The position numbers and the translations under genes are program-made. From contig NC_135659.1 in the NCBI RefSeq assembly GCF_964188315.1, positions 101,184,001-101,248,000 on the forward strand: 64,000 nt of DNA. Direction: 5' to 3'. Under the pieces are notes generated by a model. That model had not been told where the DNA came from and made no database searches. It was given only the letters and a program-made list of their open reading frames with translations. Shown here in pieces: positions 59,301 through 64,000 of the stretch; within the stretch, counting starts at the first letter, position 1; every line of letters begins with the position of its first letter. Source of the DNA: Podarcis muralis (Eukaryota).

Positions 59301-61498
59301 GTCCAGCATCCTCTTCTCACAGGGCAATCTACCCGGAAGAGAATTGTATTTGGAGGAGATAGCGCTCTAAGGTGGTTCCCTTCCTGCCTCTGTTTGCTTC
59401 CCCTCTCTATCTCTTGTTCAGCTCTTGGATGGCTGAAGAACAGCCTTTTAGTGCCCTAATCTGTAAGAAGGGAAGGAAGTGATATTGCTGGGTAGCTGCT
59501 TCTGATGTTAGACATTGTTTAAAGAAAGTAAGGCACTGAGAGAGGTGGCTAATGAATAATCTGTACATAGCTGGTAGCATGTAAGCAGTCAGGCAAGCCA
59601 CACAGGTTAACAGGTTAAAGGTAAAGGTACCCCTGCCCGTACGGGCCAGTCTTGACAGACTCTAGGGTTGTGCGCCCATCTCACTTAAGAGGCCGGGGGC
59701 CAGCGCTGTCCGGAGACACTTCTGGGTCACGTGGCCAGCGTGACAAAGCTGCATCTGGCGAGCCAGCGCAGCACACGGAAACGCCGTTTACCATCCCGCT
59801 GGTAAGCGGTCCCTATTTATCTACTTGCACCCGGGGGTGCTTTCGAACTGCTAGGTTGGCAGGCGCTGGGACCGAACGACGGGAGCGCACCCCGCCGCGG
59901 GGATTCGAACCGCCGACCTTTTGATCGGCAAGCCCTAGGCGCTGGGGCTTTTACCCACAGCGCCACCCACGTCCCATGCTAACAGGTTAGCTATCTATAA
60001 ATCGGAAGGTTTGGGTGGAGTTATTAGAAGCTCCTGCACGGACTGATTGATCGCAGGGCCCTGCAAACTGAGGCTCCCTGGGGGAGTCCCTTCGCCGCTT
60101 CTTGAGGGCTTCCCTGTGGCAGATCCAAGTGCTTGCTTGGTAATGTATGCAATGCTTGCTGTTTAGAAGAAAATCTTTAATCTTCTCACTCACTTGTGTT
60201 TGTCTGAATCTCATTGTAAAAGAACCGCCTGGCATTGGGCAAGACAGCCAGCCAGGCGCCCCTTGTGGGTCTGAGCCCCAGAGTACAAGATCAAGGACAG
60301 CGTTCACACTCACCGAGGTGAAATCCTGGAAGCAGCAGCCGGAGCGTCACGGGAGGGAGAGAAAAGAGGGGCTCAAGTCAGCACCCGGAGGGTGGCAAGC
60401 GCAAGGGAGCCCCTTCAGATGCAGGGAGATCCTAGAGGCAGACTGGGGTTTTTCCAATTTCAGCAGTGCCCTGTGCAGAACCCATTGACCCCGACCCCTG
60501 TCTCTTCCCTTCTGCTCAATTCATTACAGCAGAGTTGCAACGCCCTGCAGTGCCCCCCAGACTCAGCACCCAGAGCAGGGACGCTGGCGGAGGAAGAGGT
60601 GTGCGGGGGGAGCGCACCGCCCCCGGCAGCACGATCCCGGCGGTGTGCCATTGTTGCTGCTTCCCTGCCCACGCTGGGTGCCATGCCCCTATGGGGGGAA
60701 CCACACCCCCAAGACGCATGCCACACCCTTATGGGCGGTGTGCCATGCCCCCAGGACACACGCCATGCCCCCAGGATGCGCACCGGCCCCGCCCCGCCTG
60801 CTCTCTGCCCCCTGGTGCCAGAGCATGAAACTCTGCCACTGCGCAGGGGAACCGGTTGCGCTGCCCTAAATCCGCCTCTGGCACCCCCACCCCCCCCCCA
60901 ATCTAGCAGCAGGCCCTCCTTGGCAGAGGGAGGGGATGCTGGATGCCCAGGGCAGTTCTGCCCCTTCCTTGCAGGCCTCTGGACTCTCCCAGGCAGCGAG
61001 AACCAGCCGGCCTCAAGTCTTGCTCTCTTGCTGGGCTCTCCTGCCCTTGGAACCAGCCGGGGCTGGCCAAGTCGGGCACTGGCTCCGAGGGGCCCAGCCG
61101 CCGGGCGATCTTACCTTCTTGGAGGCGAGGGTGGGGTCCTGCTGGAGTAGGTGGCTGAGGGTGGCCACGTGGCCCCCGGCCGCTGCCTGCAGCCACTCCT
61201 TCTCCAGGGGCTCCAGCTGCAAGGAGAAAGACCCTCTCTCAGTCTCCCCACTGAGGCTCATTTCTTACGTTTTCTGTATGTTTTGACTGTGTTGCCTTTA
61301 TGGATTTGTGTTGTGAGTCGTTGTCTTAATCCAATAGTCCCCCTTCTTGCAGGATCTCCACCAGCCCCACACAGAGTCCCCTGTCTTCTCCCCAGAAGTA
61401 CCTGACCCCTTTCTGGCCCCATCACTCACCGCCACTGGGCTGGAGACCCCCGGGCCACTTCCACCCCCGTCGTCTGCGGCGTCTCGGTCCGACTGGGG
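52939..61498 (-). CDS. SOWAH: Intron-rich Sowah (sosondowah/ANKRD43 family) ankyrin-repeat protein; at least 11 coding exons; 5' part unresolved
   Basis: Exons 61498-61430, 61216-61115, 60325-60314, 58552-58550, 58222-58220, 56865-56779, 56633-56631, 56293-56291, 55990-55918, 55791-55702, 53141-52939. Spliced product: ..PVA|LEPLEKEWLQAAAGGHVATLSHLLQQDPTLASKK|DFTS|G|F|TALHWAAKHGKEELVTLLLGAGADVNMRA|H|G|GYTPLHIAALHGHRRLMELLIWTHG|ANQDVRDYSGRLAKHYL..|..RWGSANDLAEEEEEEE..RKFSR*. Matches the Sowah signature LEPLE.EW...DF.SGFTALHWAAK.G...N.RSHGGYTPLH.AALHGH...VRDYSG. The last exon is less certain. Confidence 0.9.
53226..54651. mobile_element. 1.43-kb non-autonomous hAT element with a CpG-rich interior in the last Sowah intron
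   Basis: Perfect 15-bp TIRs CAGTGTTTCCCAACC / GGTTGGGAAACACTG and perfect 8-bp TSD ATCTAGTC (53218-25 and 54652-59), splitting a minus-strand CR1 tail. Confidence 0.88.
54905..55385 (+). mobile_element. L2-like LINE 3' end with (TTA)n tail
   Basis: RAFSVMAPTWWNAL-like decayed frame; tail similar to the copy at about 4360-4640. Confidence 0.65.
59618..59979 (+). mobile_element. Full-length Sauria/POM SINE in a Sowah intron
   Basis: Head AAGGTAAAGGTACCCCTGCCCGTACGGG; 10-bp TSD TAACAGGTTA (59608-17 and 59980-89). Confidence 0.9.
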
Positions 61499-62137
61499 CT
61501 GCAATGGGGAAAGAGAGGAGGGAATGGGGCACAGATGCTGAGTTGCCACCTCCCCACCCCAGACAGAGCTCCCCTGCCCAGAGGTGCTGCCCCAGACGTG
61601 GGTGCCCTGCGCCCGCTCCCTGCGTGGAGGCAGACTCCCTGATCCGCCATGATCCTATTAACACGAGAAAGTGATTGCTGCCAGTGGCTAAAGAGCTTAT
61701 GAGCGGGGCTGAGCTGGAAAGAGGCAGGCTGAAGGCCAGGGGGTGCTCAGCCGTGGTCCTGAGCGCCATCCTGCCTGCCTGCCAGGTGCTTTCCCTCTCT
61801 CCAGGCTGGGACCCCGGGCAGGGGGGCAGCCCAGCACCCGCTCAGCAGGACCTTGGCCCTTCCGTTCTCCTACAGTGGCCAACCCAAAGGGTCACCTGCC
61901 AAAGAGCAGCCCTCTCCCCTCCTGGAGTTTCCATGAGAATTTGTCCCATGGAAGATGGAGTTGGCTTGTTTTCTTCTGCTCCAGAGGGCAGGACTCGAAC
62001 CCACCAACTCCAATTGCATGAAAGGAGATTCAGGTTAAACGTTAGGAAGATGGCAAGAGCTGTTTGACAGTGGAATGGACTCCTTTGGAAGGTGGCAGAC
62101 TCTCCTTCCTTGGAGAAGGTGGAGGGCCATCTCGCAT

Positions 62138-62807
62138 TGTTGTAAACAAATAATCTGCTGTTTTTCCCTTATGGGGTATCCAAGAGCCCATATGGAGTCC
62201 TTACATAGGTTCCCTATTGGTAGGAGAGAATAACAGAGGCCAACCAGAGAATATTGAGAAGCAAAGCAGCTAGTAAGCCTGATCTTTATTGAACTGTTGC
62301 AACAGGGTCCTCACTCACCACATGCAGGAAAAGGAGGACCCAGAACAATGGTGTGCCTGCCCTTATATAGATATTTTAAATTCCCTGCCTTGGAGCTCAA
62401 GACCACCCCCCAGATACATCATACCTACATCACAGAAGAGGTGGTCTCCAGCAGAAATCTGAGTGCTTTGTTTACCTCCTGTCTGGCAGGTTACCTGTTA
62501 ATGGTCACTTGATTGGATTGCCTGGGGAGCCTGGCCAGTCCTTTGTAATGATAAATACTTAGTTCCTGAGCCAGGTCACAGGCTCACACCCTATTCATAC
62601 ACAGACATACGCTTAAGACAGGATTTGTGAAGGAAAAGACAATGGGGAGGCTTTTCCAGTTTGACCTTGCAGAGAAAACATTTGGTCAGTTTGGGAATCA
62701 AAATTGGTTTCAGGTCAGTCTTCCTGTGCCGATCTATGTATGTGCATGGCTGGTCCATTTACGAACATTTAAAATATACCTAAGACCTTAAAATTCTTAT
62801 CACAACA
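62138..62807 (-). mobile_element. Solo LTR, copy 2, inserted into a CR1 3' fragment
   Basis: TGTTG...CAACA termini; minus-strand TATATAA (62369-62363) and AATAAA (62290-62285); CR1 sequence stops at 62137 and resumes at 62808. Confidence 0.8.
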
Positions 62808-64000
62808 TGGATGCTTTAGTTGAGATGCCTGCATTTCAGGGGGTTGGACTAGATGACCCTTGGGGTCCCTTCCAACTCTACCATTCTATAGTTTGGGGCC
62901 TTTGGCAACATGCAACCTCTGATTTAGTGTCTTGGCAGAGCAAGCGGCCATCCTCACCCCACAGTTCTGAGGCAAGCCCACCGCAACTCCTTCTCCAGCT
63001 ACCCAATTTCGGTTCCGGAGCACTAGCAGCCCCAGAGGCCCCAGGAAACCTACCGGTGCCCCATCATCGCAGACAGTGACCAGGATCTGAGGGGCTGACA
63101 TGTCTCGCCAGCACGGAGACTCTCAGGAGTACCACAGCGACTGGACGGCTGGACAGATGTCCCGCTGGGGGCTGGTCTTCTGTGCCCCCTCCCACTTTGG
63201 AGCAGTCGCCACAGGAAGACGCTTCTCCTGCAAAACAAAACAGCTTTTCTAGCAAGACCCTCTTAGCTGTCCCCGGGCACAAATTTCCTATGCAGTTAAG
63301 ACCCCCGGCTCTCTTCCCTGTATTGACATTTATTTCAATACTTCATTTGTGGATTATGGGGATTTCTACCTAATCAGGGTGTTATACAAAGCAAAACAAA
63401 CAAACAAACAAACAAATTGTGCCAGAATGTGGCATCTGGGAACTCAAGGTCCTTAGACCGCTGATGCAGGTGTTCATCTGTTTTTAGTCTATGGCTGCTT
63501 TAACTTTCTAAAAGTTTCAAATTATTGTTTTTTGTTTTTTCCCCTAATTGATAATTTTATCATTTTCTTGTGAACTGCTTTGAGCTTTTCTTTTCCAACT
63601 GAGCATTGTACAGACAAGCTAAATAAAAAATAGAAAGAAGGCTGAGAGGGTTCACAAGTGCACGTGTGAATTAGGCGCCATGGATTAAGCACCATGGATG
63701 GGATAATCAGAAGGGGGGGGGGGGAGAGAGAAGGAAGTCGCCTCCTTCAGTGCAGCATCCTGTTTTTGTCAGCAGCGGATGAGGAGGAGGGCAGGGGCCA
63801 CCACAGCTCAGTTGCAAAGCATCCATCTCTGCTTGCAGGAGGCCTGGGACTCAACCCCCAATGGCAGCATGTCCAGGGAGGGGGGGGGAGACCCCTGCCT
63901 CCCACCCCCCACTGCCAGTCATTAGACAAAGGACTGACTTTCTACAAGGCAGCGTTTTACGTTCTCATTGCTTCGCCCCTTTACTCAGAATAATGAGGAC

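Noticed and set aside
61558-61713. Candidate extra Sowah exon (LSPAHKLFSHWQQ...GALSG)
   Set aside because: Weak donor (GTGGGG) and only a 59-nt intron to the next exon; not supportable without cDNA.
43870-62807. Two co-oriented homologous LTRs flanking Irx and most of Sowah, read as one provirus that captured the genes
   Set aside because: The LTRs are visibly diverged and share no TSD, no gag/pol lies between them, the enclosed genes have normal introns, and copy 2 is nested in its own CR1. Independent solo LTRs are the simpler explanation.
1-64000. Prokaryotic features such as CRISPR arrays, operons, rRNA or bona fide tRNA genes
   Set aside because: None seen; the sequence is spliced vertebrate DNA and the tRNA-like motifs are all SINE heads.

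Overview
Vertebrate genomic DNA from a squamate reptile, probably a lacertid lizard (inferred from Sauria/POM-type SINEs, young L2, CR1, RTE-BovB and L1 copies). I reconstructed five protein-coding genes by hand from splice signals: the 5' part of PLTP (minus strand, running off the left end); complete PCIF1/CAPAM (plus, 15 coding exons, 731 aa); a single-coding-exon RNF182-like RING/TM E3 ligase (plus); a solitary two-exon Iroquois homeobox gene most like teleost irx7 (minus); and, directly upstream of it, the 3' part of an intron-rich Sowah ankyrin-repeat gene (minus). The main result is the Irx-Sowah block. Tetrapod Sowah genes are described as intronless retrogenes unlinked to Irx, but here an 11+ exon Sowah sits about 2.5 kb from an Irx gene. 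Its ankyrin beta-hairpin residues are encoded by one 12-nt and four 3-nt microexons (DFTS|G|F and H|G), each with canonical AG/GT sites and an upstream UGC motif. The ORF track cannot show these. Family assignments rest on my recall of reference protein sequences, not on database searches. The rest of the window is a dense, often nested set of transposable elements.
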